Shown: positions 28,650-42,358 of the stretch, in pieces
Position numbering within the stretch: the first letter of the stretch is position 1
Layout of the letters: each line of letters opens with the position of its first letter
DNA from: Flaccisagitta enflata
Lineage: Eukaryota
Reading direction: 5' to 3'
Assembly: GCA_965153355.1 (NCBI GenBank)
Contig: OZ231126.1
Location: 2,790,001 to 2,854,000, forward strand
DNA: 64,000 nt
Program-made: the position numbers and the translations under genes
The notes under the pieces: model-generated
Database searches by the model: none
Seen by the model: the letters and a program-made list of their open reading frames with translations, nothing else
Told to the model about the DNA's origin: nothing

Positions 28650-31582
28650 TCCAACCTGCTTAATCTGTCAATCTGTCATTCGTTTGTGCAGTAAAAGACT
28701 TTGCTGTGGCTTCGCACAACCTTCATGGCTATAAATCCTGCTCACAGTATCACAAAAAATGTCTCCAAAATATAGGCGGCGTCTGGATGGCGCAAGAATT
28801 ATGGCTGACGGAACAGCAGCTGCATCAAATGACCGAGTTGGATTCACAATTTGTGGTCCATTCAGGCATGGATACCGCAATCACAAAAGGAATATTTCGC
28901 GGAAGGCCATTTGGCGGGGTCAGTGTCTCATGGTCATCAGATCTAGATCACGTCATGAGGCCACTTGTCAATTACCAACACCGCAGAATTGTTTGCGCTG
29001 AAATGACGGCAGAGCCATTTCCTATTATCTTTGCCTCCATATATATGCCATTTTACAACGCTTCAAAAAGAGAGGAGTGTCTATCAGAAACAGTAGATAC
29101 AATTTCAATGCTGGAAGAGATTGTGGCAGACCATCCACAACATCAGTTTATTCTTGCCGGTGATTTTAACACAGAATTTAATGGCAATTCCCACTTTGAT
29201 GCACTTTGGTCCGAATTCATGCATAAATTCAATTTCATTTGCTGTGATAGTCTCACAAAGGGCGACACTTTGGAAAAGTACACATATGCTCACTTTTCAC
29301 TTGACCAAAAACGATGGAATGACCACTTTCTGGTGTCATCCAGTCTCATATCATCATCTTCAGATCATTTTATCTTACATGAAGGCGACAACCCATCGGA
29401 TCACCTTCCAATTGTGATGAAATTACAAGTTAATCAAAAACCGAGACCGCCAGTTGAACAACCAGCCCAAAAATTGGCGTCCCTGAAATGGGAAAAGTGT
29501 AACAATGAGGCCATAGATCGATATCAATCAAATCTCGACTCTCTTCTTTGGGAAAACCCGACGATTCTTTCACCATGCAATAATCCACATTGCAAGGATG
29601 AAACCTGCATTTCTGCAATCCAGGCAGAATGCGACGCAATCATTTCTCTCATCCAAAGAGCTGACAAGGTCCTACCTCGCCACAAACCTGGAGTTCAGAA
29701 AAATTGGTGGACTGCTGAATTGACGGCAATACGCAACCAAAGCATTGACATACACAGACTATGGCGAAGTGAAGGAAAACCTCGATCCGGCGCCACAAAT
29801 GCGGAAAGAATTTGGGTCAGAGCTTTATACCGTCGTGCCCTAAAGAATGCACAAAGGGCAACAAAACAAGAGTGCTGGGACCGACTCCACTCAAACTTTG
29901 CATCAAAAAATACAACCGAGTTTTGGAAGTCATGGAAGCAAATGTACAGTCAAGGAAAATCATATTTGCATACTGTCGTCAATGGAGTCACGGCAAAGAA
30001 AGACATTGTTGACAGTTTCAAAGACCATTTTGTCCGGGTTTCTCAACCAAACAACCATTCTCGTGTTCAGCAACTGAACCAAGAGTTTGAGACGCAGTAT
30101 GCAAAAGTTGTCAATGAACATAATTGCACGGATTGCAATTCCCACCATTTCACTTTGGAAAACATCATTGATAAATAAATGAATGTGCAGATGATCAGGC
30201 TATCAATGCGGAACACTTTTTCAATGCGCCACTTGCTCTATTTGATCGACTGCAGCACATGTTCAATTCAATGCTGCGCCACTCGTTTGTACCCAAACAG
30301 TTTCAACGAGGCACGATTGTTCCAATTGTGAAAGATCGTAATGGTGATCAAGGAGATCTCAATAACTACAGAGGTGTGACAATTGCGTCAATTGTCAGCA
30401 AAGTCTTTGAACATAGCCTGAAAATTCGCTTCTCCGAGTATCTGTCCACATCTCGATATCAGTTTGGCTTCAAGCGCAAGTCGTCAACATGCCATGCGGT
30501 CTTCTGTTTGAAGGAAACTGTAAATTATTACACTACTCACGGAAGCAATGTGTATTGTTCATACCTTGACGCGTCTAAAGCTTTCGACCGCCTCGTTCAC
30601 AGCGGCTTATTCCTCAAACTGTTGAATCGTGGAACACCACTTGTATTCATCGACGTCATCATCAACTGGTATTCAGACCTCAGTTGCCGCGTCAGATGGG
30701 GCGATGCCTACAGCGAGTGGTTTGTTATTGAGGCTGGGGTAAGGCACGGCGGAGTCCTCTCCCCAGACTTTTATTGCATCTACGTTGACGACTTGGTGGA
30801 AATTCTCTCACAAGCAGGAATTGGCTGCCATATCAAAAACACATTTCTTTCAATTCTGCTCTATGCAGATCATATGGCTCTGATATCCCCATCTCTTAGA
30901 GGACTGCAGAAGCTGCTAAATCTCACGGAGAACTACTGCCTTAAATGGGATATTTCACTCAACGCGAAAAAGTCTGAAAACATGCTGTTTGGCAAGAAGC
31001 ATCCACTACCGCCGCTGCAGCTTGATGGTAAAAACATTGAGTGGGTGGAGAAATGGACTTATCTTGGTGTAACAGTTACCTCGCACAAAGAATTCAACTG
31101 TTGCATTGAAGAAAAATTGAAGGCGTTTTACAGGAGTGCAAATGCTATCCTGCGCATTGAAGGGCGATCAAACGATCTTGTCATGCTTCAACTTCTAGAG
31201 ACCCACTGTGTCTCAGTTTTGAGCTATGGAATCGAAGTCATCCATGTTGCAAACGCAGACATTCGGCAAAAAATGCGCGTAGCATACAATTCGATCTACC
31301 GACGCATCTTCAGCTATCGCAAGAGTGAGTCTGTTACCCAATTGCAGCATGAACTCGGTCGACAAACTTGGGAAAAACTCATAGAGAAGCGACGCGCCAA
31401 ATTCCTCGTCTCTCTCCATGAATCGCCACTGCTTAAACAGTTTCTGTAGTGTTCCTTTTGTTTCACATAAACAATTGACACTTTAGTTATGTTTCTTTTT
31501 TTTGTCCTGATGTATGAAATGTACTTTTATTTACCTATACTGTGCTACATGAAATTTTCATGTGAATAAACTGAATATACAA
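28650..31582 (+). pseudogene. 5'-truncated APE-RT LINE ORF2 (endonuclease 28706-30178, RT to 31449), frameshifted, YADD->YADH
   Basis: APE motifs ASHNLHG, AQELWL, LAGDFN, DHFL, SDHLPI; RT motifs NYRGVT, QFGFK, LDASKAFD, GVRHGGVLSP, LLYADH, TYLGV; 3' AATAAA at 31565. Confidence 0.93.
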
Positions 31583-31814
31583 GTTCTTCTTCCTCTTCTT
31601 CTTTTAATCCCTCACCCACTTTTATTTTCAGCAAATCCTCCTCTTCTCCTTTTATCTTTCACCTTCTCCACTTCTTTTGTTCTCCCTCAAACTAAGAATC
31701 TTTTCTTCCTCTTCTTCTCTTCACCTTATCTTATATATTCATTTCACGCTCGTAATGTTGTATAGTATTGTATTATTGGATTATGATAAGCTACTGTGGG
31801 AGTTGATTTCCCAT

Positions 31815-33770
31815 AGAATACGAATCAATGAATGCGGAGTTCACGATCGTTTTAGGATTCATGTATAATTGGTGATAATCTGTACTATGTTGTTTAAGTT
31901 TGAATTCAACATTTGATTTTTTTTTTGTCCAAATTTTTTTTTTTTTTCTGATTCATGTCAAGTATTCTTTCAATGTATATTAGATGGGCTAACACAAATT
32001 TCATTTTGTTGGGATTTTTCCATTTTTGTTATGGCACCCAAAACTCAAAAAACACAAAAAGTGGGATATATCCTAAGATTTTCAAAAAATCCCTTGACTT
32101 TTAGTGTGGTAGTAGTTTTAGGATACACTAATAAGTGTGCAAAATTTCAGTTCTTAAAATGAATTTTTGATGTTATGAATTTAAATTCACAAAATACAAT
32201 GTAGGACGTTTTTGGGTCAAATTTTTTTTCAAATAAAAAAATTTGGCAATTGTTATTTTTGATAAGATAAATAACAAATTAAGAGTTTCTAAAAAAAATT
32301 TTAGCCCTCTTAAAAAAAATTTTTTTCTCAAAATTTGTGAAAATGACCCATTTTGAAGATGAATAAAAACTATTCCTGTCATCCGATCATCTTCATTTTT
32401 GGTAAATTTTTTACCTGTTACCACCCTAACTTCCCTAAAATTTGAGCTCACTGCGAACTACGACGGAGATATTGACGTTCAAAGTTACTTTGTCAGAGCA
32501 AAATCAGCAAAATTGACATTTTGGCCATTTTTGAGCTTTTATAAAATTGTATTTTTTCCTTCACACACCTCCATTTTGGCTGAAGTTACTCATGCTTATG
32601 CAAATATTCATATTCCAAAATTTCACACTTGTCAGTTAAGCCATTTTACAGTTATGGTGGTCCAAATTTTTAAAAAATGCAAATTTTTCAACAAAAACTA
32701 CTGTGAAAATTTTTCAAAAAAATTGAAAAAAAAGTTTTCATCAGGGTTTTTGAGTTGGGAAAATAAAATAATTTCTGATTTTTTGGACCCCCCCTTTTGG
32801 AGACCTTTTTTGAAAAATTTCGCTGATTTTTCCTTCAGATTTGATTGAAAAATTTGCATTTTTGAAACTTTGGACCACCATAACTGTAAAACGGCTTGAC
32901 TGACAAGTGTGAAATTTTGCAATATGAATATATGCATAAAAATGATTAACTTCAGCCAAAATGGAGGTGTGGAAAAAATACAATTTTATAAAACAAAAAT
33001 GTAAATGTCAATTTTGTGATTTTCTGACAAAGTAACTTTGGCAATGTCTCATACCGTTAGTCGCAGTGAGCTCAAATTTAGGTGAAGTTAGAGATATGTA
33101 AGTGTAACTTTACCAAAAATGAAGATGATTGGATACAAACAGACAATTCAACTTCAAAAATGGTCATTTCACAAATTTTAAAAATTTTTTTAATGAGAGC
33201 TAGTTCAAAAATTTTTAGAGCTCATAATTTATTATTTATTTTATCAAAAAAATACCAATTACAAAATTTTTATTTGAAAAAAAAATTTTGACTAAAAATC
33301 GTCCTACATTGCATTTTATGAAAATTTAAAATTTCATAACTGTATCAAAAATTCATTTTAAGAACTGAAATTTTGCACACTTAGTGAATCTAAAACTACT
33401 ACACAAAATCAGGGATTTTATCAAAAATCTTAGAAATATCCCACTTTTCGTGTTTTATGAGTTTTAGGTGCCATAGCCACAAAAATTGGCGGAAAATCCC
33501 CAACAAAAAATGAAATTTGTGTTAACGCATCTAACTAATATACACATGAAAGAATTTTTTTTAGTGTAATTTTTGTAGTCAAAATCAGCCAAAAACTGAA
33601 AAAAAATTTTTGGACAAAAAAAAAAAAGAATTTGTTGGAATGGCTCCAAAACCTTAAACAACATAGTACACCTATGGGTGCATTTTGTGGTAAAAAATTT
33701 GATCATGAATCCTAGCCGTTTTACAGATATGGCTTCCCTCCAGTTACCCAGTTCTTTGATTCTCGTACTG
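31815..33770. mobile_element. ~1.95-kb foldback element (arms ~900 bp, spacer ~32700-32840), Tc1/mariner-like CAGTACG terminus
   Basis: Arms align in inverted orientation (e.g. AAGTGTGCAAAATTTCAGTTCTTAAAATGAATTTTTGA); right end CTCGTACTG|TA. Confidence 0.85.
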
Positions 33771-34029
33771 TACCAATACCCAATATAATCGCTCAGGCCT
33801 GATTCAGACTAACTCCATTCATTAGTCTGCTAATAAGCACAGAATCACAATAATGCTTGAGTGTCTGGCATTACTGCTGGTGTCATCAGCTGTGGACCAG
33901 CTGGAGGCTACATCCCCTGTACACAGGATCTCCTTTGATAAGGCTAGCGGGAGATTCTGACTGACGCATGTCAGAATCGCCAATGTTCAATATTTAGAAC
34001 TATTCAATGATGTACAATGATCAAACATG

Positions 34030-35480
34030 ATGTACATGGTGCAATACAAAAAAAGGATTTTGTTATTACTGGGGCAGCTAAAGCTCAAAATAACATTTTA
34101 TTCACATGTAAATATTTTTATATAAAAAGCTTTAAGGAAGAACTGACACAACCAGGTCAATTAACCTATCAATTGTCAAATAAGGGACAAGATGATATCA
34201 ATAGAGATATAATGAATTTTTCAAAATGTAAAGGTATTAAAGTTCCAGAGTGTATGGGAGACCTACTTCTGATATATTGGACACCTTAAATGCATAAAAT
34301 CCAATAGGTAGTAGATTTATTGCAGGGTCCAAATCTTTTTCAATCAAAATGCTTTCAAAATACTTTTCTAAGGCTTTGAAATTAGTTTTACATCATATGA
34401 AGCTTTATAACAAAACAGTTTTCGAGAGGACGGGTTTGAATTGTTTTTAGATTTTTGACATCTCATTAGAATTTTTGGATAAAATAAAATCTGAAAGGAT
34501 TAACCATATGGAAACATATGATTTTTCCACTCTGCCTCATGGAGAAATAAAGTGTAAATTTTCAAATATTTTTCAAAAAGTTTTTTAACAGGGAGGCAAG
34601 TGTCAATATAAATGAAGCTTATTCTAGTCTTACAAAGGCTAACAACAAATTTTCTTTTAGATCATAAAACATGCAGGAAATTTTAGAATTTATATTGGAT
34701 GATATTTATGTAAAATATGGTGAAAATGTTTGTAAGCGATAGTGTAAGTGATAGGAATTCCTATTGGTCTTGATTCTGGACAGTATATTGCTAATTTGCT
34801 TTTATATAGTTATGAAACAGACTATGTGGGTGAAATTACTAGGATAGATCTTCCTACAGCAAGGAAATTTAAGCTTAATGGGAGATATATTGATGATCAT
34901 TTTGTAGCTATTTTTCCAACCCTCAAGACCTTGAAATCAAATTAGAATCTAATAATACTCAGGAAGTAACATATTAAGATTTAAAGATTAAATTTTAGAA
35001 TTCCATATTAAATTTTTCTGTCTGTGATAAACATGATGATTTCTCCTTTGATATCATTAATTTTCTTTACATAGACAGCTGTAAACCTAAGAAATCGGCC
35101 TCGGGTGTTTATTACAGTCAATTGATAAAATATGCTAGAATGTCTACAAAATATGACAATTTTATACTGAGAAGCAGATCTTTAGAGGATAAACTTTAGA
35201 CCCAAGGGTACAAAGAATATGAATTAAAACGAATAACTTCAAGATTTTTAGTCGCGGACACGCGACTCTACACCTTGCCGTGTCGGTCGGTAGGTCGGTA
35301 TGTCGGTAGATCCGTCCGTCCGTCACATTTTTGAATTCCGGGCAGTTTTTGCATTACTGCTCCTGCCCAACCGTCCGCGACTGGATTGCCGTGTGTCCGG
35401 CCTTGTTTGAGGAAAACATGAAATTATAGTGAAATATAATATTCCTAACACAGATGATTTTTTGAAAAATATATTTGAGA
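34030..35480 (+). pseudogene. Decayed Penelope-like element reverse transcriptase (multiple stops/frameshifts)
   Basis: Fragments FVITGAAKAQNNILFTCKYFY, YWTP*MHK, RFIAGS, TYDFSTL, GIPIG..IANLLLYSYE, RYIDD, DKHDDFSFDI, GVYYSQLIKYAR. Confidence 0.82.
35246..35409 (+). mobile_element. HINE-like family A copy inserted at a T-run inside the Penelope-like ORF
   Basis: TTTTAGTCGCGGACACGCGACT ... CCGGCCTTGTTT; PLE-like peptide resumes after it. Confidence 0.8.
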
Positions 35481-36302
35481 ATCTTTTGACCCACTTGTCG
35501 CAGACCATAGCCAAACACCATCTTAAGTTTATCATAATTCCTAATTTTTAGTCGCGTGCACGCGACTCTACACCCCGCTTTGTCCGTCCGTCAGTCGGTT
35601 GGTCGGTCTGTCGGTCACACTTTTACTTTTTTTATCAATTTTATTTCTTTAAGGCATTTGAAGTCATTTAAGAGTGTATTGAGTCATTCTAAGTCATTTT
35701 AAGTCATTCTAAGTCAATCTGTAAGTCTCGCACGCGACTTATAGGTGTTGGCCTTGTTTTGAGAAAGGCTGTGTTTCTTTTGACCAACTTGTCGTAGTTA
35801 CATAGCTGGACACCTTCTGAAAAATGCAAATTCTAACACATTTCCTCAAAAAGTATACATATCTATTAATAAAAGTGTCTCTATTTTGACCTTGTGTCGC
35901 AGATTCGCTTCATTTCTTACTTGTGTATAAATGGATCTACACCCTTAAAGGTACAGGACTCCAACTGATGACCAGAAGCTGGTTAGTTTGTTAGTTTATA
36001 ATTTTTTTGGACATGTACAAAAACTTTTTACCCTACATGGTGACCTATCATCCCGTGATATATCTTCCCTGAAGATGAAGCTCTATTTCCCTTTAATCAC
36101 TAAGATTTATAACCTTAACCATTTTCAAATTCACCTGTATCCCACCCCCCTTATTAGGATTAAGGGGCTCAACTTGGGAAATAGACACTCTGGTTCTCTT
36201 TTTTCAATTAGGTAATCTCTAACCAATTATGGGCTGAGTTGATGGTCCCGATCAATGCCAGAAGACAGCTCTATCAAAACCCTTCCCCTAAACTACTTAT
36301 CA

Positions 36303-36524
36303 TTTTTAGTCGCGTGCTACGCGACTCTACACCCCGCTTTGTCGGTTTGTCCGTCGGTCCGTCCGTTGGTCCGTCCGTTGGTCCGTCGGTCCATCACACT
36401 TTACTTTTTTGGCGTTAATGGGGGTTTTGGCCTTATTGCTCCTGCCCAATTGTTCCACTGACCTCAATTATGGCCCCTGCCCACCCGCACGCGACTGGGG
36501 TAGCCGTGTATCCGGCCTTGTTTT
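36303..36524 (+). mobile_element. HINE-like family A (further copies 27358-27686, 35545-35759, 38384-38560, 39024-39232, 45440-45712, 53310-53540)
   Basis: Shared terminal palindrome, GTCC/GGTC microsatellite and 3' hairpin. Confidence 0.8.
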
Positions 36525-37440
36525 AAAGTATTTTGACTTATTTTCTAAGAAAATATGATGCAATTGGAATTTTGATAGTGTATCCAAACATCATTTTTAG
36601 GTATGAATGTGTATGTAATGGAAGCTTAGACTATATAAATGTCCATATTTTTCCAAATTTTCTTCAGGTTGTGTTTCCTTTTGATTAATTGTGAGATTAT
36701 ATAGGATGAATTGTTGTACATGCCACAAAGTCGCGGTCTCATCCTTGGTATCGCGCAAAATGCAGGTGGTTTACCTAATGGACCACCAGTGAGGGGGCGT
36801 TTTTAGTCAGAGACAATCGCGTTTTGAAAAGGCCACTCAGTCGCTCGCTATGTTCGTTCGTTCGCACCGCTCACTCCGCTCACTCGCTATGCAGCGCTTC
36901 GCTTTACGACCCTCGCTTGGCTCACTCACTTTGTTTTCAGGCTTGCTCACTCACTTCGCCCACTCCTTTGTGGGACAGTTGAAATTTGTGAGTATGTGTT
37001 CATGCTGTAAACGCATTTGGCGGGAACAAACGCGTTTTTCATCTTCACTAGAAACACGTCCTGGCTGTTATCATATTCGCTGTTATCAGTGACAATTTGA
37101 TGATGCGATTCACTGACTAAAGGCCGATGGATGGGCAAAAGTGAGGTCCAAGAGAAGCTTAACTCAGATCTAGATCTGGAATGGAGACCAGCGTGCATGA
37201 CACTAACATTTCACTTTTACATTCAATCACATGTAAATCCTGTGAGTCAGGTGGAACACTGAGTTCGTACTGTTGTCAAAGCTAAAAAGATGTTGGTAAA
37301 AAAAATGTCTACTCATAATGAATGTAAATTTTTTTTTTAAATGATATAACAGTGTAGAATCCAGGCTCATTTTGAGAGGGCAAATTTTGTCAAGATAACC
37401 ATATTTGCTCCTGTAAACACCCTTTTAATCATAAAATGTA

Positions 37441-37850
37441 CTACTCGACACAAAAAAAAAAGCCGCACCTCATTTTGAGTTGATAAACAAGAAAAAGAAA
37501 TCATTTAGATATTTTTCTGTTGAAATGATTTGAAAGATTTTCAAATTTCCTTACATTCTAGACCAATCCCAGATCTGTATCTCAAATGGTTTAGGAGCTA
37601 GAGCTTGTGAAAGTTTTCTTCTAATTTTTAAAAATGCTCCTTTTTCAATGAGATTGCAAACTGAAAATGGCAATGTTATTACATATTTTTATGTCATTTC
37701 TAAACAAAAAAAGCTAGAATTGCCAGATTAAAGCCAAATGAAAAATTATTTTAAGAGCTTTCTAACGGTGTAAGATTTTAATTAGTTTTTTTAACATTTA
37801 GTATGACAATTTGCCATTTAAAAGTGCGGCTTTCTTATTGAGTCGAGTAG
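37441..37850. mobile_element. TA-flanked TIR MITE (related copy ~42795-43192, fragment ~21505-21567)
   Basis: TA|CTACTCGAC..AAAGCCGCAC ... GTGCGGCTTT..GTCGAGTAG|TA; shared core TAGACCAATCCCAGATCTGTATCT. Confidence 0.78.
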
Positions 37851-39868
37851 TATATATAGTCATTTTATGAATTCATCCATACTAAATCATTGCATAATTT
37901 ATCTTACAGATGATTTTTTTTTATCAATCACTTCTTCATCAATTTTCAACTAACCTCATTTGGGAGAAGAGGGGGCAATAAACAGAGCAAATACACTATT
38001 CTTGTTAATTGTACTTTCTTGATTTCATTTTCATATGACTCCGTTCTTTCTTTCATGTTATGATGTTTTCAGATCTAGGCTAATCTGATTTCATTTCCAC
38101 ATTTACTTGTTTTTCACTTTTCATGATATTCCTTGTTCTCTTTTGATTTCATAGTTTTCTTACCTCTTTTTATTCAAAAATCAATGTAAACAATGTCTAG
38201 TGAATAAACATACTAATTCAGCAACAAGGTGACGATTTCCCTACTCGTGACAAGAACTAACTGTCAATTATAATTGGAATTGCGACTTTATCATGAAGGT
38301 GTCAACAAATAATAAGGCAATTACCTAGGGTAATGTTCACACTGAGTTGTTGCACTCGTCACCAAATAGTGTATCCAAATTATTTTTAGTCGCGTGCTAC
38401 ACCCCGCTTTGTCGGTCCGTCCATTGGTCCGTCCGTCACACTTTACTTTTTCGGCGTTAATGGGGGTTTTGGCCTTATTGCTCCTGCCCATATGTTCCTC
38501 TGACCTCAATTATGGCCCCTGCCCACCCGACTAGGGTAGCCGTGTATCCGGCCTTGTTTTTTTTCCATCTGAAGATAACTAACTAGATCACCGAGAACCA
38601 GTTGAGTTCAGAGATTGCCCAGTCTAATAAAAAATGGTTATTTTCCTGCAATGTACCTGAGCCGGGTTTTTCTTTGTAATCCTGAAATCGACTTTTTTTC
38701 CATTTGAGATGAATGACCCTGTATATGTGCAAAAAATATTTAGTAAAACAGGCATCAACTTAAATCTTACATAACTTTCAAACCTTTTGACCAATTTTTT
38801 AAGTATTTACATGATTACGTCATCAGTGAAGGAGGTTTTAGTTGTGTTCAGTAGGTCTGTAAACTGATTCTTTCTTACCATCCCTTTACCCTACACTTTC
38901 TAAATTTTATATTGCTGATATCCAAATTTTGTAGTGATGTGACGCAGTCAGGATGCATTAATGCCTTATTGGACTTGTTCTATAACTTTTATGGAAAGAA
39001 TTGTCTTTACTGCGACCAAAAAAAACAAGGCCAACACCTTTAAGTTGCGTGGGAGACTTACATTTAGACTTAGAATGACTTAGAATGACTTAGTATACTC
39101 TTATATGACCTAAAGTGACCTAAAGAAATAAAATTGATAAAAAAAGTAAAGTGTGACTGACCGACCAACCGACCAACTGACTAATGGACGGACGGACAGA
39201 GTGGGGTGTAGAGTCGCGTGCACGCGAATAAAAACACAGTTAAGTCAAACCAAAATGGACTGAAAAAAATCACACAGTTTAACTTTGATAGGGCACATGC
39301 CACATGACAGAATTAAGACACAGTGAAGCTGCCTCATATCATTATAGAATGTATTATATGAACCATGTCCATGACCAACATAGGCAACAATAATTACTCC
39401 CCATCATCATGCACAAAATTATCAGCCATGGAAGACTATTTGTGTAGTAAACCACCCAAGATAGATCTTTCAAAATATTTTGAGTGAACTCATTTCGATT
39501 ATATAGTAACAATCTAAGTAGCGAACCATCGAAAATGGATGTTTAAAAATAGTGTGGATGAACACATCCAATTTTACAATTACAATCTAAGGAGCGAACC
39601 ATCGAAAATGGATCTTTTTGAAATGGCTTGGGTGAACACACTCGATTATATAGTAACGTTTTCTGTGGTGCTGAATTATTTTTATAGGTCGAGAGAAAGA
39701 AAGAAGGAAAGAGACAGAAAAGAGAGCGCAGTTGAGGCTTGAGCACCCGGCCACTAGGAAACAGATCTCGTACAAGACTCGCCCGGGTCAACATGACCTC
39801 ATGAAAAGAGAAAGATCTCTCTCCCCCTTTATAGAGAGACTGTTGAGAAAGAAAGAGAGAGAGAGAGA

Positions 39869-39907
<39 letters not shown>

Positions 39908-39936
39908 CTCCCCCGAGAGAGAGAGAGAGAGAGAGA

Positions 39937-40030
<94 letters not shown>

Positions 40031-40042
40031 GGACAGGGAGAT

Positions 40043-40083
<41 letters not shown>

Positions 40084-41549
40084 GTCAGGGAAAAGCGACA
40101 GACCGACAAACAGATAGGGAAAAATTGAAGGAAAAACAGAGATTCGCCCAAATAACATTGAGATGGCAAAGAACGCCACTTCATCTTTAGTTGCGGACAC
40201 GCAACTCTATAAGAGTCTTTGTCCGTCTGTCCATTGGTTTGTTGGTCCGTCGGTAATGATCGAGTCAAAAAGTGGAAAAACAAGCATTTAGGATACTTTT
40301 TGTGCATGTTTACGTGTGGGAGAGTGGGGATTGGGGTGTGGATAGGGGTTGGACCCCCTGCCCACCCGTGCGCAACGATATTGTGACCCCATGTCACTTG
40401 TCAAAAGTAACAAGTCATTAGCTGTAGAGATTAGCTGAAGAATTGGAGTGAGAGTAGGGCAGCGGCCCCAAATGGCCAACATCCTGTAGGACACAGGGGT
40501 GAATTTCCAGACATCCTGAGAGGGCATATTTGAGGCCTTGGTGGCAACTTTCCATGTTATTCAATAGGAATTTTGCATTTTTTTTTACGTACAGACGGAC
40601 GGACGTACAGACGTCTGAAAATTCACCCCTGTGTCCTACAGGACATCGGCCCTTTGGGGCCGCTGCCCAAAAAGGATAAAGGCAGGTAGTCATTTAAACA
40701 GACTTATCATTGAAATAAGCACAACAAAGAAATTTATGGTGATGGAAAAAAATGTCAATCATGACGAAGTCAATCCTGTGTACAGTTAAACCCCGCTCCA
40801 ACAGACCTGCTTTTAAAGGGATTCCGCCTATAACAGATGCTAAATGTTAATCCCTTAAGTTTTTTTTCAGTTATTTCTTACATTGGCTCTGACAGAATTC
40901 TATCCATAACAGAAGCAAATTTTTGGTCCCTTGAAATCCATATGAGTGGGACTTAAAAGGACGTTTTTTTAAGTTTTATTTAAAGCACGGCAATCACTCA
41001 TGCCAAAAATGAAGTCTACTACAAGCCCTTTGGGAAATTGGGGTAGGTGCACAGAATATGGATTATAACATTTTGTATTCTGTCCAATCTTTTAGTTGCA
41101 TCTTTCATCAAATATGGCCTACAGAGCATTAGTGAATGAAAGTAATGGGTAGTGGGTACAGTTACAATCCTCTATAACGGATCCTGAAGTATGTGAATTC
41201 TGCTTTTACAATGGATATGAAATATTCGTTCTTTCAGGTCATTTCTTTCTATTTCATATACATGGGCACTAATAGAAATCCACTCAACAAAGAAAATTTA
41301 GTTTCTTTGGCATCCCTCATTGTGGGGTTCAACTGTATATTCCATTTTAACATACCCATAGCGCAGTGTCGAGTGGAAAAGGTTTTGACTATATTTCATC
41401 CAATTTGCCGGAGAGTGCATCTGGTAGAGAGCGGATGAAATCCTGGACGTTGAACTCAAACACGACAGCGCAAGTCAGGACAAACTCAGCGCCGCACTAT
41501 GAGCCAAAGCGACAGCGTGAGTCAGGACAAACTCAACAGCAGGGTCTAT

Positions 41550-42358
41550 CAGGCGCGTAGGACAAGGGCATGCCGGGCATGCCATAGCATGCCCTGTTGG
41601 CGGGACACAAAAGTTGTCGGGACACCAATCAAGGGAGGAGAAGAAGAAGAAAGAGAAAAAGAAGAAGAAGAAGAAGAAGAAGAAGAAGAAGAAGAAGAAG
41701 AAGAAGAAGAAGAAGAAGAAGAAGAAGAAGAGAAGAAGAAGAAGAAAAAAGAAGATGAAGAAGAAGAAGAAGCAAAGGAAGAAAGAAAAAAAAAAAGAGA
41801 AAAAATGCAGACAAAGAAAGACAGAAAGAGAAAGAAAAAAATCTTCTTTGTCACTAATTTTCATCCATGGGTGTATAGTTGCACAAGCCTTGATTTTCCC
41901 CTGGGATTTTTGTCACCACCTAAAGTTCCTATATACCCCTTTTATAATAATGTTTTTGTCTAACTGGTATCGTACTGCCAAAAGTCAATTTAATCATTTT
42001 TTTTCTACTTTTTGATTTCCCTCTTTATTTCCAAACCCCTTGATTTTCCCTTAACTGGGGTGGGGGGGATGTGTGTGGGGAAATTTGGTACTATATTACA
42101 AGATCTATAATTTTATCATTTTAAAAATTATCATAAAATGTTTATTCATTAAAAGAAATTAAAGCAGCAATCAAAAGTTTCGAAAAAATGTCTCCTCCTT
42201 AGACACAATTCATGAAGCAAGCAAAAGTACTGCAATAATTATTGTTTTTTACAATTTGTGACCAAAAACTACAAATTAGTTTCTGTTGGGACAGTAAATT
42301 TGTCGGACACTAATCTGGGACTGGCATGCCCTAAAAATCTAAACCTCCTACGCCCCTG
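41550..42358. mobile_element. hAT-type MITE containing (GAA)n
   Basis: TIR CAGGCGCGTAGGA / TCCTACGCCCCTG; 8-bp TSD GGGTCTAT/GGCTCTAT (1 mismatch). Confidence 0.75.

Larger units (their letters stand above)
28038..33801. mobile_element. Non-autonomous hAT-type element hosting a LINE and a foldback element
   Basis: TIR CAGGCCTGAGC / GCTCAGGCCTG; perfect 8-bp TSD ATTCAGAC (28030-28037, 33802-33809). Confidence 0.88.

Noticed and set aside
41405-41506. Possible tRNA gene or tRNA-derived SINE (minus strand A/B-box-like motifs)
   Set aside because: No cloverleaf can be drawn, boxes are weak, and there is no second copy in the window.
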